64,000 nt of DNA from Yuukianura sp. NJ FZ-2021. Lineage: Eukaryota. The notes beneath the pieces are model-generated. The model was not told the origin of the DNA. It saw nothing but the letters and a program-made list of their open reading frames with translations, and did no database searches. The stretch lies in the NCBI GenBank assembly GCA_046563655.1, contig CM102286.1, forward strand, positions 5,828,001 to 5,892,000. The letters are read 5' to 3'. The stretch's first letter is position 1, and each line of letters begins with the position of its first letter. Shown here in pieces: positions 14,164-27,793 of this stretch. The position numbers were made by a program, and so were the translations under genes.

Positions 14164-15480
14164 ATGGGTAATTGTGTTTCCTGTAGAGAAGGTTCACCTC
14201 CGCCTCGTGAATCCTCAGATATTCGAATCAACGACGGAACTCCTAATCAAATTGGTAATAAATTAAATCGGATTAGCAATGTATAGTAAATTCTGCCGAC
14301 TTTGTTTGTACCTTTGCTTTTGCACATTTAAACTCGATCATTTTTTTTAGATCTCCTATTACCTAGTCCTATACCTACCGGAGTGCCAACAATGAATCGG
14401 TCGGACTTTAACGGATCGAACATTGCTGGTATTGAGCTTCGAAAGGCCAACAGCGTTAGCGGCACAAGCAGTGGAAGCCGCACACCGGCGAATTCGTCCA
14501 TTCACCAAATTACTTCGGAGTGTGGTGATGTTATATCAGTGACTATCACTCCAAGTAATTCAGTAAAGAGTCAAAAATCCGAAAAGAAAAACTTTTACTC
14601 CAGAATTCCGCCTTTAGGAAGAACAGGAAGTACGGAGAAGAAAACGCAGATCCTTATCAATTCGAACGTTACTATTCGGTAAGTTAACAGATTTATTGAC
14701 ATTTTCGTCAAGCATACTGAATGAATTTTGATTTCAAAATTATATTTTCTCTTTTCTTGGTCCCACAGGGATAATAATAATCAGTACTCAGAGTCAAGGA
14801 TATCATCAATGTTCGAATACTACAAAGATCCACATGACGATGCTGTATTAGCAGAAGGAATTGAACGATTGTGCCGTGATCTTGAATTGAAACCAGAAGA
14901 TTTTAAAATATTAGTTCTCGCGTGGAAGTTTCAAGCAGACCAAATGTGCCGATTCTCTCGCCAAGAGTTCATCGATGGAATGAAAGAACTAAAAGTGGAT
15001 TCTATTACTGGAGTTCAGAGTCGCCTACCAGAGCTAGCTACCGAAGTAATGCTAGACCGCACAAAATTTAAAGATCTTTACCGTTTTGCTTTCAAGTTCG
15101 GCCTTGACAGTGACATTGGTCAAAGAGTGCTCCCGTTGGATATGGCCATAAGCTTATGGAAAGTGGTATTCTCACAACAAGAACCAGAAATTCTTCCACG
15201 TTGGATTCGCTTCCTTGAAAATCATCCAACCATTTCAGGGATCCCGAGGGACAGTTGGAACATGTTTCTTCACTTTGTTGACACTGTTGGGAATGATCTC
15301 AATGCTTACGACGATACAGAAGCTTGGCCGAGTCTTCTTGACGACTTTGTTGAATACGAACACGATCGACTCAACGAGAATAACAACACGACCGACTCAG
15401 ATGGAGACACAAACAACGGGGAGTTAGGGAGCAAACCGTTGGTGGACCCACAATCGTGCTGTCAAGCGGATACGAATTAA
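14164..15480 (+). CDS. DCUN1D3: DCN1-like protein 3 (cullin neddylation E3, membrane-anchored); exons 14164-14254, 14351-14678, 14769-15480
   Basis: N-terminal MGNCVSC myristoylation/palmitoylation-type motif. PONY domain with EGIERLCRDL...FKILVLAWKF.A.QMCRFSR.EF and D.TEAWPSLLDDFVEY. Upstream non-coding exons are suggested by donors at ~13340, 13489 and 13743. Confidence 0.93.
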
Positions 15481-16726
15481 TGTCCAAACGACCAAACGTT
15501 GTGACGAAAGTTTTCGAAAAGTTAAGGTGATTTTCTACACAATGTAACTAACGCTCCGATATTCAGTTCCCTCTTTACCGGCACATTTAATATTACAATA
15601 TGATACACAGTAGTGAGCCACCATTGCTGTTTGTTAGATTTCGAAAGTTTCCGGTGTTTTTTTTTGTACAGCGGGTCATTTTCAATCTGGTGGTGACATT
15701 TTTAAAACAAAAAATTAACAGACTCATATTTACTTCTAAATGTACAATTTCGTTACTGCTGTTCTTATATTTAGTTCCTTTTGAGGTTAGATTTCATCCG
15801 TTAGTTTAAGTTCTCAATTAATCGAAGACTGATTTTACTCAATTAACTTTGTAGGTACGTATTCGTATCATTGTGACTTCCTAGTGGCTATTTCTCTGTC
15901 TACTGTCAGTTTTTAAGTTGATGTTGCAAAACGAATTGCGTTTAGGTTTTTGTAGCTGTGATTTGTATACATTTCAAAAATATTACTATTTTACGGACAG
16001 CAGGAAATATTTAAATTGTACCATTGCTTAGATCATGTAAGTTTAAACTCTGTTAAATGAAAGTTGAAGGAAGCTACTAATAGTTTGTTAGAGTTGTTAC
16101 GCATGCGTTTTACGTTGTTGTTCGCCTCTGTTACTTAAACATATTGTAGCTTGATCACAATTGGTTAAAACCAGCCCGATTAAGTGCCTTTTTGTGGCTA
16201 AAGATGGATATGTACAGGTTACATTTTGAGTTAAAGCGTAATCACATAGCTTGCAGTTGTTTGAACAAACTTGTAAAATTTACTCATCGTTATGCTACAA
16301 CTTGTTACATCACTGTCAAGTTTTTGTTGTCGTTCAACTCAAAATTGCTGTGCCTCGCCTTCCTTAGATGGTATAACGACGACGGATACCTAGGCGTACA
16401 ACTTTCAACATTTCTCACTATGTAACTAAACTTTGGATTCTATCCGGAGTCTGTTTATTTTTAATCTCAACAATTTAATAAAAATGTCCATTTAATCTGT
16501 GTGTTTTTAAAGGATTATCTCTAGCTGCATTGTAGCATGATTTACTGTATGCGATTCGGGGTCATTGACCTTATCTGGACAGCGCGTCTGACAACTGTTT
16601 GGTTTATGTAAGACTTTTCAATATATTTCTGAAAGTAAAAATTTTATAAAAAATTTCATAATTCAAAAATATGGGTTCTGAAATTTTTCTGAACATTGAT
16701 TTTTTTTACTTATTTACAGGCCAACG

Positions 16727-18629
16727 TCACCAGCTCGTTGAGCAATAGTCTTTCAAAAACTTTCCGTAAAGTGGCCGCATATTTGGATTATTGATGGAGT
16801 GGAAGATAGGGTCAAGGACCCTGGCGGCTCCATCTACTATGTCCAGAGGAGGTGGAACGGGCAGTCTGGACGGGTGACCAACAGGGTGCTCGTCAGTGAC
16901 CCACCCAGTGTCAACAGCATTCAGAACCAGACCAAGGTCGTCGTAGTAGTGCTTGGCCGAAGTCCTCACTAACATATTCAGTGCTGCTTTGGCAGCATTA
17001 GTGTGAGGATGTTTTCCGGTTTTGAAGCATTCGAACTTTCCCTCCATGGCGGACACCAGCACAATGTAACCCAAATCTTTATTTCTGAAAATCCAAAATC
17101 ACCGTGAACTTTCAAATTTTAATTGAATTTTATTTTTGTTAGGTCATTAACCTTTGTGTTCTTGGACGGCGCATGATCGGGGTCAACTTTTGCAGAATGA
17201 TGAAAGGCGCCATGTAATTGACCAGTTGACATTCCACCATTTCGACCGGCTCCACCTCTTCCAAATCCATAATCCAAGTATTCCTCTTGCGCAGGTCAAG
17301 TTGGTTTCCATCTTCGTCTGTTCTGCCCACTGGAAACATGGATTTGGTCAGCCTTGAATCGGCGGCAAACGTGAAATCTTCAGGATGAACTAGAAGCTGA
17401 GACGGATGCGACTTCGAGATTGCACTAGAAGTAGGCAAGCACGACGCCTGGGACATTGACCTCGTGTGAACTTTATAATCTCCGGTATTTTCTGGATTCC
17501 CAACCCGCAAGAGACCTGAATTCCCTCCATCATTTGCAATAGCAGCCAATGGCGATGTATATACGGTATTTAGTAGTATGTGTTTGTTAAAATTGGCGGG
17601 AAACTCCAACTCAGCTTTGATCAATTCTTTGTAATAGACCGCTGGACGTCGTATAGTCTGCGCAGCATTCTGAATCAGAATGTCTACCTTTTCAAAGTTA
17701 CTATGAATGTCTTCACAGAACTGATTAACTGCCCCGAGGAACCGTAAATCCAATTTGTAAAGGCGCAGGCGCGAACTCCATAAGGCAAAATCAGGCTCAG
17801 CTTCAAATCTTTTGTAAGCGTCGACCGGAAATCGAGTAGTCACTATAACGGTTTTGCAATTTGCTCTGAGCAGTTTCAGAACAATTTCGTATCCAATTTT
17901 CATTCTGCCGCCAGTGACTATTGCTACTTTTCCAGTCAAATCAGCACTGCTGTGTCGCTTGTTAAGATTAAAATCGCCGCATTTTAGACACATCCACGGG
18001 TAGTGCGCATGTCTCAACTGATTCGACGCTTTGCTTAGTTCTGACTCGTAAACGAATGGTTCCGGGATGCGGATTTTGCAAACATAGCAAATGTCCAGGC
18101 ACTCCGGCATTCTTTTCCTATGCCCGTTACTGGTAGATTGTGAAAAGCAGTCATTTTTTGGCGGGATTTCAAATTTTGCCATTTTCGGTTCCGTAAATTT
18201 TGACGTATTTTGTTTTACTTCGACGACCGAAGAGGACTGCGTTGCAGTTGACGTTGACGGTAGTACTGTGGAGACTTTACGTTTTCTTTCATCTCTTCTA
18301 CCGTTGATTTCAGGAAAGTCTTTTCCATGTAGTAATGCAATTGATACTCTACGGATTCGCTGTAGTTGTTCAATATAATTTTCAAGTTGACCTTGACATT
18401 GGCTTCCGCTGCTTGACCTTGGCACTCGGCTTGGATCAAGGCCGGAAGAAGGGAGACGAATTTCCAATTCCCTCAGGATTTGTCCAACGTTTTCAAAAAA
18501 GGAAATTCCACTTTCGAGATCAGCGTACGAAATATTAGAGTTTTGTAGCCTAGTAATCAGTGTTTGAACTTTGTTTTGATCTAAACACATTTTGCCATTA
18601 TGATGCCTATTGGCTCTGCTAGTTCTCAT
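16727..18629 (-). CDS. Atypical short-chain dehydrogenase/reductase with N-terminal Cys/His cluster (microbial-type), ~611 aa; single intron 17085-17151
   Basis: Motifs CYVCK...HAHYPWMCLKCGDFN..KR, DLTGKVAIVTGGRMKIGY, VTTRFP.DA, ILIQNAAQTIRRP; exon 2 has VSAMEGKF...HPHTNAAKAALNM...NAVDTGWVTDE...PPLDIVDGAARVLDPIF. A 67-nt GT-AG intron joins the two ORFs in frame (1478+358 nt). Confidence 0.9.
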
Positions 18630-20151
18630 TGTTTACTTTCACTTTGTTATGAATGTAACGTATTCTATTTTAACTAACAACTGTCGATTTATCTATATTT
18701 TAACTTCGTTTAAATACCCTGATGAACTCCGTGTCTGCTCCAGATTGGTTGCAGCTTCGCTGGACGTTTCAAAAATGAAGTGCAAATCCACTATGGTTCT
18801 AATGCGGAGGAACGTTGAGGTTCGAGGTAAAAAAGTTTTAAGTTGTTAAGTTTAGTAGTGCTTTTTTGAGAACTTTATCGAGCGCCAAAGAAATGGAAAG
18901 TACTAAGCTGTGCCAAATACAAATTTGTAATCACAATCAGCGATCTAACAAATCGATCAGTTTCGTCACGTCCTGTGAGTCCTGTCCAACACAAACAGTT
19001 CGAGTTTATTTGCAAAACAATACGCGGCTAGATTTTCGTTTACTTATTTTGCAACTAAGTACATTGCAGAATAACGTCTAACAGGTAACTAAATAACACT
19101 GCTAAAGATCAGATGTGCAAAATACTTACTGCGTGATATGCCAGTGCCGCAAGGAAAAGTTGAAGTAAAAACGGGATTTTGGCGATGAATCATTGCCAAC
19201 TATTACCTTGAAGAGAGGACGTTGCAAAAACGCAACATTCAGAGACTGCAAAAAAACAAGGTAGGGCAATGCTCAAGGGTTGAGCATAGGTCTTCTGGAG
19301 GTGGTTGACAATTGATGCGACTTTAAACCGGTTTGCCTTAAAACTGTAGAATAAATGAGAGAGCGTTTTCATGGAATTGATGCACCAAAACGTCGCTCAA
19401 TATTTTCAGTGTGGATGTGAAGTGCTACTTTGTGCATGAGCTGCGCCAAATTTGGGTTGGCAATTCTACCATTAAATTGCACCAAAATCATGTTCCAGTT
19501 TTGAGCCCCAAAATAGTGCACTGAATTGATGTTCTTAATTTGTTGAGCAAGATGCACATAATGTATGGTCGGTGTTGCCATGGCAATGTACTATTAGCGA
19601 AACGAGCGTAAACCAAACGGCATCAAAATAGTGATATCGAAATTGAGATTTGTGCATGATGAACAAGTTTGAACGCTGAGCAGGATGGGTTGAATATGCC
19701 TTCTTTTAAATCGAAATCGGTTCATGAAGATGCACAGTGTGTTAAATTAAGTGCATAAGTTATTCAGCCGAAAATCGCTTGTTTATAATCAGAATTAAAA
19801 TAATTTCTTGCAAAGGCAAATTTGAACTCTGCCAAACTCTTTTTACATATTACGAATTTAAGCCGAAATTTCTACCTTCTAAATAGGCTTAATTTAACAA
19901 CGTAATTAGACTAACTGTCAGAAAATGACCAGATCAAAACACCGTTGTTTATAAATACTTTAAGTGCAATCGAAACCAAAACAGTTTTGCGGAGGCACGA
20001 TATTGCGGGTACGTAAAGTAGCCGCACAATTCTGCATTGTTAATATAGCAGTTTGAGTGGAATGTAGACATAATGAAAACACTTGAGCGATACAGGACAC
20101 CCCGTCAATAATGTGGGTAATGTTTCAGTGCAAAGGGTACTAAAAAACGTT

Positions 20152-20225
20152 ACGGACGGACAGACAAAGTCGTATCAATAGTCTTCTTCAGCATGTCGTA
20201 GACATGCGTCTCCAGAAGACTAAAA
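20152..20225. mobile_element. Probable remnant terminus of a second HINE-type element
   Basis: ACGGACGGACAGACAAAGTC...CAATA is followed by a nested palindrome TAGTCTTCT..GCATGTC-GTA-GACATGC..AGAAGACTA and AAAA. The layout matches the HINE end at 11890-11948. Confidence 0.4.
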
Positions 20226-21674
20226 GGGATGCAATCATTCTCGAAAAATCTACCTTACTCTAATACAATTTTGAAAAGAAACTTTGGTGTATTTTCAAAT
20301 TCTAAATTAGGCATTTTTTTTTAAAAGAAATCCTTACTTGTGATCAATAAATTAGGAGCCATAAAATCATATTGTAAATAAAATTGGAACATGCGAAAGG
20401 CTTAAAGTTGCGTAAGTTGCGGTTCTAATTAATGTAAGAAACTGGTTGAAAAATTCATTTTGTATTTCTCATTGCTAACTTTGTCCTAATTTTATCTTGA
20501 AATAAACTTTATAATTCTAATTTTCATTTAGCTTCATAATTTCAAATCACAAATCTTCAAACTTTACTTCTTATTAATACAGTCAAAATAAGTACAGGTT
20601 TTGTATACTCTGAATACATGTAATTAATTTAAAGTGTGACATTAGTCTCGAGTGAAATACGCTTGATTAGTATTTTGAACTCACATATCGATGAGAAACA
20701 ATGATTGCGAAATCACTTAAGTTTAACAACTTTAATTTAGCGATATTGCGTGTAAACAAATCTTAGGACACTATGTTTATCATTTTCCTTGAAGATGTTT
20801 TCAACTCTTCCGTAGATTTTGTTATTGGCACCACTTTTTGCCAAGGATTCTATCACGCACTGGAAGCATGTAACGGTACTTTTCCATGTAGAACGACACT
20901 TCTGTTGGAAGAAGAATACCCGGGTAGCCGTATTGATCTTTAGTTCATATCTGGATTTGCCTCCTCACGCAGGCACTGATGCCCTACTTCCTATTTCGAA
21001 TTTGTTTTTGCTCGTCTCCATAAGGTTAAGGTTAGGCAACAGGCAACAATAAATTTGTTGAGATCTTCAATACCGCAAACATTGCCAATCTTACTCCAGT
21101 TCTAGTGACACACTTAAACAAAACTTAATTCCTAACCTAACCTTAATCCGCATAATCAGCAAGGTTAGTTTTAAGTTTAGCACTATCACTTCATGTAAGA
21201 TACTAAAGCAAAGTATGTGCAAAGGTGATCTCTCGTTGAACTTTCTGGTATGCCTTGAGTAAAAGTTTCATGCAACAGTAGTAATTTATTGTCATCAGCC
21301 TCATCGTGGCATAATCAAGGTTTAGGATTTGTCCAGTATAAATCTATGGTAGGTAAGTACCGTCAACTAAAGATTTGTTTTCCTTAAGTGCCTTCTAATC
21401 ACTCACTTCCACTAGAGTAGGCGTCATTCATAAAGCCTAAGCCGTTCTATTTTTTGTGTCAACGTTAGAGTTAAAGCAAGTGAGAATTGGTCAATTCGTC
21501 AATTGGACCATTCATCAAGTTCTTTTCAGGCTGAGCAGACGGAACCTTGTTTGAATTTCTGAGACAATATTTTTGAAACAGTACACTAACAAAACTCAAA
21601 CACCTATTGGATAGTACAGTTTTTATCGATTTGACGCTGTTTGACCTTTGCTGATTTCCAGAGTGGACAACAAC

Positions 21675-24600
21675 ATGATACCTACGAATACAACGGTAGC
21701 GTCTTCTGGGCCACTGATTGTCGTTTCCAATCGATTGCCATTTGTACTCAAGCTAAATGAGCAAACGGGAAACTACGAGAGACAGTCAAGGTAAATCCTC
21801 ATTTAATTTTAATTAAATGTGAGCTTTCACTACGAAAGAGCAAGGGAGTATGTCAGGACTTCATACACATTTTATGAAAAAAAAACATGTCTTCCTAATA
21901 TTAGATTTTTTTTATTTCAACCAAAAACCAGAATCTACTTTTGGTATAATTTAAAAAAAATAGCAGTCTTTATTTAAAAAAAATTCTGGCAAACTATTCC
22001 AAAAACTACCTTTAGCAAATTAAAGTACTACAGAGGCAACTAAAGGGCAATCCAAAATCTAAAAGGATTTTATTCCTAGTATAAAAATGTTATTTTAAAA
22101 ATTTTAGAAAATATTTGCCTTTTTCTCATTTTTAAGATGTTACATTTTAGAACTCATTTAACTTAAAGTGTTTTTAGACAAAAACAAATTTCAGCCAAGG
22201 AGCTTTAAGCGGCTTTTGCGGTTTCTCACTGGGTTTTGGCAAAACTTGCTAAATTCCTCTATTCTTACTTAAATTTTGGCGAATTCATTCTAATATCTTC
22301 AACAAAGTTAAAGTTTTTTGAAAATTATATTATTTTACATCTCATCCGCTTTATGATGTACAGGCGTTGGACTTTATGGATCAACATTTCTGTCGAAATT
22401 TCTAGGGCTACTTAGAAATGTAAAAAAAAAGATCTGCCTTTAATAAATGTTTCCAAATAGTTATTTGTATTTTTCCACTTTGGTTTACCAGCTATCAGTT
22501 CCTCTTATAAATAATCTAAAGTTACTAACACATTGAAAAGTCAATAGTATCTTATATTGTGCGAAGCCTAAAGCCATTTCTAAACTTGACAAGTTTGTTT
22601 GCTAGTAAAAATTTGCTCCGAATCGAAGGTCACCACATTGCGGTCACTTGTTTTTTATTTACATAGAGGAAGGTTGACTCTCTTCTTCTACGAAATTAAA
22701 AACATTTGCATGTTTTTGCTTTTCTCGGGCTATTTTTACCCTCCAAACTCTAATTCTATTTCGGGCGTGTCTCCTTTTCCTTGCAGTGCTGGTGGATTGG
22801 TGACAGCGGTGGCTCCAGTTGTCGCTCAATGTGGTGGCTTATGGGTGGGATGGCCAGGAATTTATGCAGAGGACATTCAGGACGGAGTCCTACAAATACC
22901 ACTATCGAATCCCGATGACAAATCGCCGGTTGCCGGAATGGCTCCTGAACAGGCAGGAAAAATACAAAACCACTAAACAACATTCAAAACGCTTGTAATT
23001 TTTTTTAACTGATAAACCATGTTTTGTTTATAAATTTCAGTTCGTTTGTGTCAATCTTGACAAAGAAGTCTTCCTCTCTTACTACAAGTAAACATGTCAA
23101 TCGGCATTTTCTGTTTCTAATGTTGGTTTTTAGGCATTTCCAGTTGCTGACTAATTGTTTGACATGTTGATTTTAGTGGTTGCTGTAACGGCACGTTTTG
23201 GCCATTGTTTCATTCTATGCCCGATCGCTGTATTTTCAGCGCAGAAAGTTGGGAGGTATCCAGTTACACCAAAACAATCGATTTGCTTAGCTCAATTTAA
23301 AGATGCTTATTGACTGTTTTAGGCTTACACAAAAGTCAATACCGTTTTTGCTGAAAAGACGATCGAGGCACTGCGTACTGTCTGTGCGTCACAAGAACCT
23401 GACGCACCCATGCCTCTGGTGTGGATCCATGACTACCACTTAATGGTCGCAGCAAATACAATTCGCCAAAAAGCGGAAGAAGAAAGTCTCCGCTGCAAAG
23501 TCGGCTTCTTTCTGCATATTCCATTTCCACCGTGGGACATTTTTCGACTGTTCCCACGTGATGATGAAGTTCTGCAAGGAATGCTGGGATGCGATATGGT
23601 GGGATTCCACATTAATGACTACTGCCTCAATTTTATTGACTGCTGTCAACGTCGACTGGGATGTCGTGTGGATCGGAAGGCTTTGTTGGTTGAACATGGT
23701 GGACGGACTGTCCGAATTCGCCCACTGCCGATTGGAATTCCATTTGACACTTTCGTCAAATTGGCGGAAGAAGCACCTCGACTTATTAAATCTGGAGATC
23801 AGAAGTTGATTCTTGGCGTAGATCGACTGGATTATACAAAAGGTTTAGTACAACGCCTCAAGGCATTTGAGCGACTACTGGAGTATCATCCAGAGTACAA
23901 GGAAAACGTGAGAAATATTTGCAAAATCTTTGGATTATTTTCAAAATTTTGGAAATTTTCAAAGATCCTCAGTTTTATTTGGATTTTTGAATAACTTTAG
24001 GTCACGTTTCTGCAAATCGCTGTTCCATCAAGAACTGATGTGAAGGAGTACCAAGATTTGAAAGAAGAATTGGATCAAGTTGTTGGCAGCATCAACGGTC
24101 GCTTTACCACGCCAAACTGGTCGCCCATCCGTTACATTTATGGATTCGTCAGTCAAGCAGAATTGGCTGGTTTTTATAGGTTTGATTTATATAAGTCATT
24201 TTTTGAAAAACTATGTTCAAACTGATTTATTTTCCATGAAATTGAATTTTGATTTTGAAACTTTCTGCAGAGAGGCATCTGTGGCTCTGGTGACTCCGCT
24301 TCGTGATGGAATGAATTTGGTGGCAAAAGAATTTGTGGCATGTCAGATTGATGAGCCCGGCGTTCTCATTCTGTCTCCATTTGCTGGAGCGGGTAACGAG
24401 TGATGCTAATTTTGTTTGCACCGCAAAAAAACAGATCAATAAAAAGTACTGTTATTGATTTTCAGCTGAAATGATGCATGAGGCGCTAACGGTAAATCCA
24501 TATGAATTGGACGATTCGGCTGAGATGTTGCACCGAGCCCTTTCAATGCCAAAAGATGAACGCGAAGTTCGGATGCTTTATTTGCGCAAGCGTGAACAAG

Positions 24601-26370
24601 TGTACGATGTCCAGTACTGGATGAAATCGTTCTTGAAGGTAAAGTCAAAATCGGAGTTTCATCACTATTTTTTAAGAAATGTGATTTTGAATTCTTGAAA
24701 TTTTGATTTGCAGGCAATGGGGCTTTTGATAGTTGAAGACGGAGAAGAGATTTTGCCAGAGACGATGACTCCAGTGACCATGGATGATTTTGAAGAGTAT
24801 TTGTCAAAGTATGTTGGACCGGTTTGTAAATTGGCGCTGCTTCTGGATTACGACGGAACGCTCTCTCCCATCCAAGCACATCCGGATATGGCAACAATTC
24901 CATATGGAACTAAAAAAGTACAGTTTTATAAAAAAAAAACATTCTTTTAGGTTTTTTTTTTCAATTTGAAACTCAAAAATTTGACAATAATGTAGGTACT
25001 GGAGAGACTTGCACACAATCCAGACGTTTTTATTGCCATTGTTTCTGGAAGGAGCGTGGAAAATGTAAAAGAACTTGTAGGAATCAACGACATAACGTAT
25101 GCCGGAAACCATGGTTTGGAAATCCTACATCCCGATGGAACAAAATTTGTACACCCAATGCCAATGGCTTATGAAGAAAAAGTGAGCAATTTGCTCAAAG
25201 AACTCCAAGATGAGGTGACTATGATTGATCAATGATCATTCTTACAATGTGTAAAAAATGCCCAAATTTTTGAAATTTCTGAAAAAACTTCATCTTGTTT
25301 TACTTCAAGTAAGAAACTTGGATTGAATTTGAAATAATTTTAGCTCTGCCATGATGGAGCGTGGGTTGAAAACAAGGGCGCTGTTTTGACACTTCATTAC
25401 CGTGAACTTGCTGCTGCTAAACGACCTGCGCTCATAAAGCGGGGAATTGAACTGATGCGACAAAACGAGTTTAGCGTTGGTCAGTTTCCTTAAAATGATT
25501 GAAATCAAATTTTTTCAGTGTGTTTTTTTTTCGTAAGCATCAATTCAGTTTTCTATAGGTCATGGTCATTGCGTTCTGGAAGCTCGACCACCAGTACTGT
25601 GGAACAAGGGCAGAGCAAGCATTTACATTTTACGCACAGGCATGGAAATTTATAATAGCTTTTACGACTTTCGAGTTCCAAATTCGAATGTTATCAAAGT
25701 ATGCCTAGAATTTAGCAATGATTTTTTCTGTTATGTACTTCCAGCATTTGGTGTTGATTGGAATGAAAGAGTTCGAATCATTTACGCCGGGGATGATTCA
25801 ACTGATGAAGACGCAATGATGGTAAATAACGTTAACAATTTCCAAAATATAGTTTCTTTATTTACAAAGGTTCTAAATTGTAGTGGAATGGTTTCAGGCA
25901 CTGAAAGGCATGGCTGTCACTTTCCGAGTGACTCCGTCACATACGATCCGAACTTCGGCAGACAAGCGGCTTCCAAGCACCGACTCCGTTGTCATGATGC
26001 TCAACTGGGTAGAGCGACACATGAATGAACGCAAACCTCGACTCCGCTCCAATTCCAGCGGCACACCAACCAGCAAACAGCTTCTCCAATTGGTCGAGTG
26101 ACATTTTAACATTACACTTCCGCTGCTTTTTTTCATTGTACCGCATATCTTGTACCACGCTTAGGAACAGAGAAATCCTCCAGTATAACACTGGTTCAAT
26201 CACTAAGTAAACGAAATAAATTGTATTTTTAGGTCGGAGAAGAAGGTGTAGTGTCCAGCATGTCATTTCAACTAGAATCCGAATCCGGGCATCTTGACAA
26301 CTCCCATCAGAATCATAATAAGAACGACGGTGTGGGATACACAACCAGTCACCTCCATGAGTCCGACTGA
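21675..26370 (+). CDS. Tps1: Fused trehalose-6-phosphate synthase/phosphatase (arthropod type), ~15 coding exons, two GC-AG introns
   Basis: TPS motifs [86 protein letters not shown] motifs [38 protein letters not shown]. Confidence 0.97.
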
Positions 26371-27258
26371 GACCTCCGAGAATTGACCAATGACCTAATA
26401 GTACTTTATTTTCAATATGAAAGTATCATAGAAAGCATCATACCACACTTAAAATCGAGAAAGTTTAGTCAAACAAACGGCAGCTCTAGATATGTAGTAA
26501 GGTAATGTATTGACTCTGCGATGCTGAAATTTTAACTTCGTTTTCACCAGTTAATTTATTGTGTTTTCGCAGTTAATTTTACAGTTTAATTTGTTTCATG
26601 TTGTTTCAGTTAAAATGAAACTGTCATAAGCGAAATTAATAAAATATTTTAGTAATTAGTTTTTAGTTGGAATTTGTCAAACACCGCATTGTAAGCGAAC
26701 TACCGACTTGTACAATGTTCAGAATGCAGACCACCGAACTGAGAATAAATATATTGCCGAATTGTTGACATCGTTTAAAAAGAGTATTAGGAAATATTAC
26801 AACAGAACGTTTTGTAAGCTAAAGAAACACGTAAGTTATTAACCAATGGACGGTAAAACGTGTATTGCAAATGTAGGAACAGTAACTTCGAATTTTTGAA
26901 GATCACACTCTTCAACGATTTCGACAACTGATTCACTATTCCAAACTAGAAACAATGAGTTTAATTTTACAGTTTTACAGAAACAGAATTATACAAATTA
27001 AAACGATCATTTCTGTAAATCAGTGTTACATGTTCATGTGGATAAGAGGGAACCCAAGTGTGAATGTTTGGGAATACTATAAAGGCGCCAATATTTTTCA
27101 ACAAATACATAAACAATTGGATAACTTTTCCAATGGTAGTAAACAGCTTTTGCTTAAATTTCCTTCGTTATCCAGCATCACCAATAGGTATTGACACAAT
27201 TGAATGTCACCTGCGAAATTTGGTAATGACGAGCAACTTGAATACTGATATTCGTGTG

Positions 27259-27793
27259 GGCTGAGTTGCAGTTTCATTCTACAGTCCAAGGTGGTTGGTG
27301 GTTGGTGGTTGGTGGTTGGTTCTTGCAGTAAACTGCAAGAACCAACCACCAACCACCATTTAATTCCAATTCAATAATCTGATTTCATAGGTTAGGTTAT
27401 ATGAGGGTTTTTCCTTATATTTAGTTGGGGCATGTTCACATTACTTTAATGCTTTCAGAACGAGGTTATCAAGTGTATGTAAGGTAATCTATATGGCGAA
27501 CTTTTAAAAAACCTAACACCGCGCCTTCGGCGCGGGAAACCACAAATACAGTGCAATGAAATCAGATTATTGAATTGGAATTAAATGGTGGTTGGTGGTT
27601 GGTTCTTGCAGTTTACTGCAAGAACCAACCACCAACCACCAACCACCAACCACCAACCACCAACCACCAACCACCAACCACCAACCACCAACCACCAACC
27701 ACCAACCACCAACCACCTTGCTAATGCTAACACACATAACCAACCACCAACCACCAACCACCTTGGACTGTAGAATGAAACTGCAACTCAGCC
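27259..27793. mobile_element. 535-bp foldback MITE with GG...CC termini, (GGTGGTT)n-containing arms and 8-bp TSD
   Basis: Left end GGCTGAGTTGCAGTTTCATTCTACAGTCCAAGG is the exact reverse complement of the right end. Arms are ~130 bp on the left and expanded on the right by CCAACCA repeats. Direct repeat TTCGTGTG at 27251-27258 and 27794-27801. Confidence 0.92.

Noticed and set aside
16727..18629. SDR gene as bacterial contamination
   Set aside because: It has a spliceosomal intron, host-like base composition, and is contiguous with arthropod genes on both sides.
23256..23322. Tps1 intron beginning GTATCC as a U12-type intron
   Set aside because: It reads GTATCCAG rather than GTATCCTT and lacks a TTCCTTAAC-type branch point.
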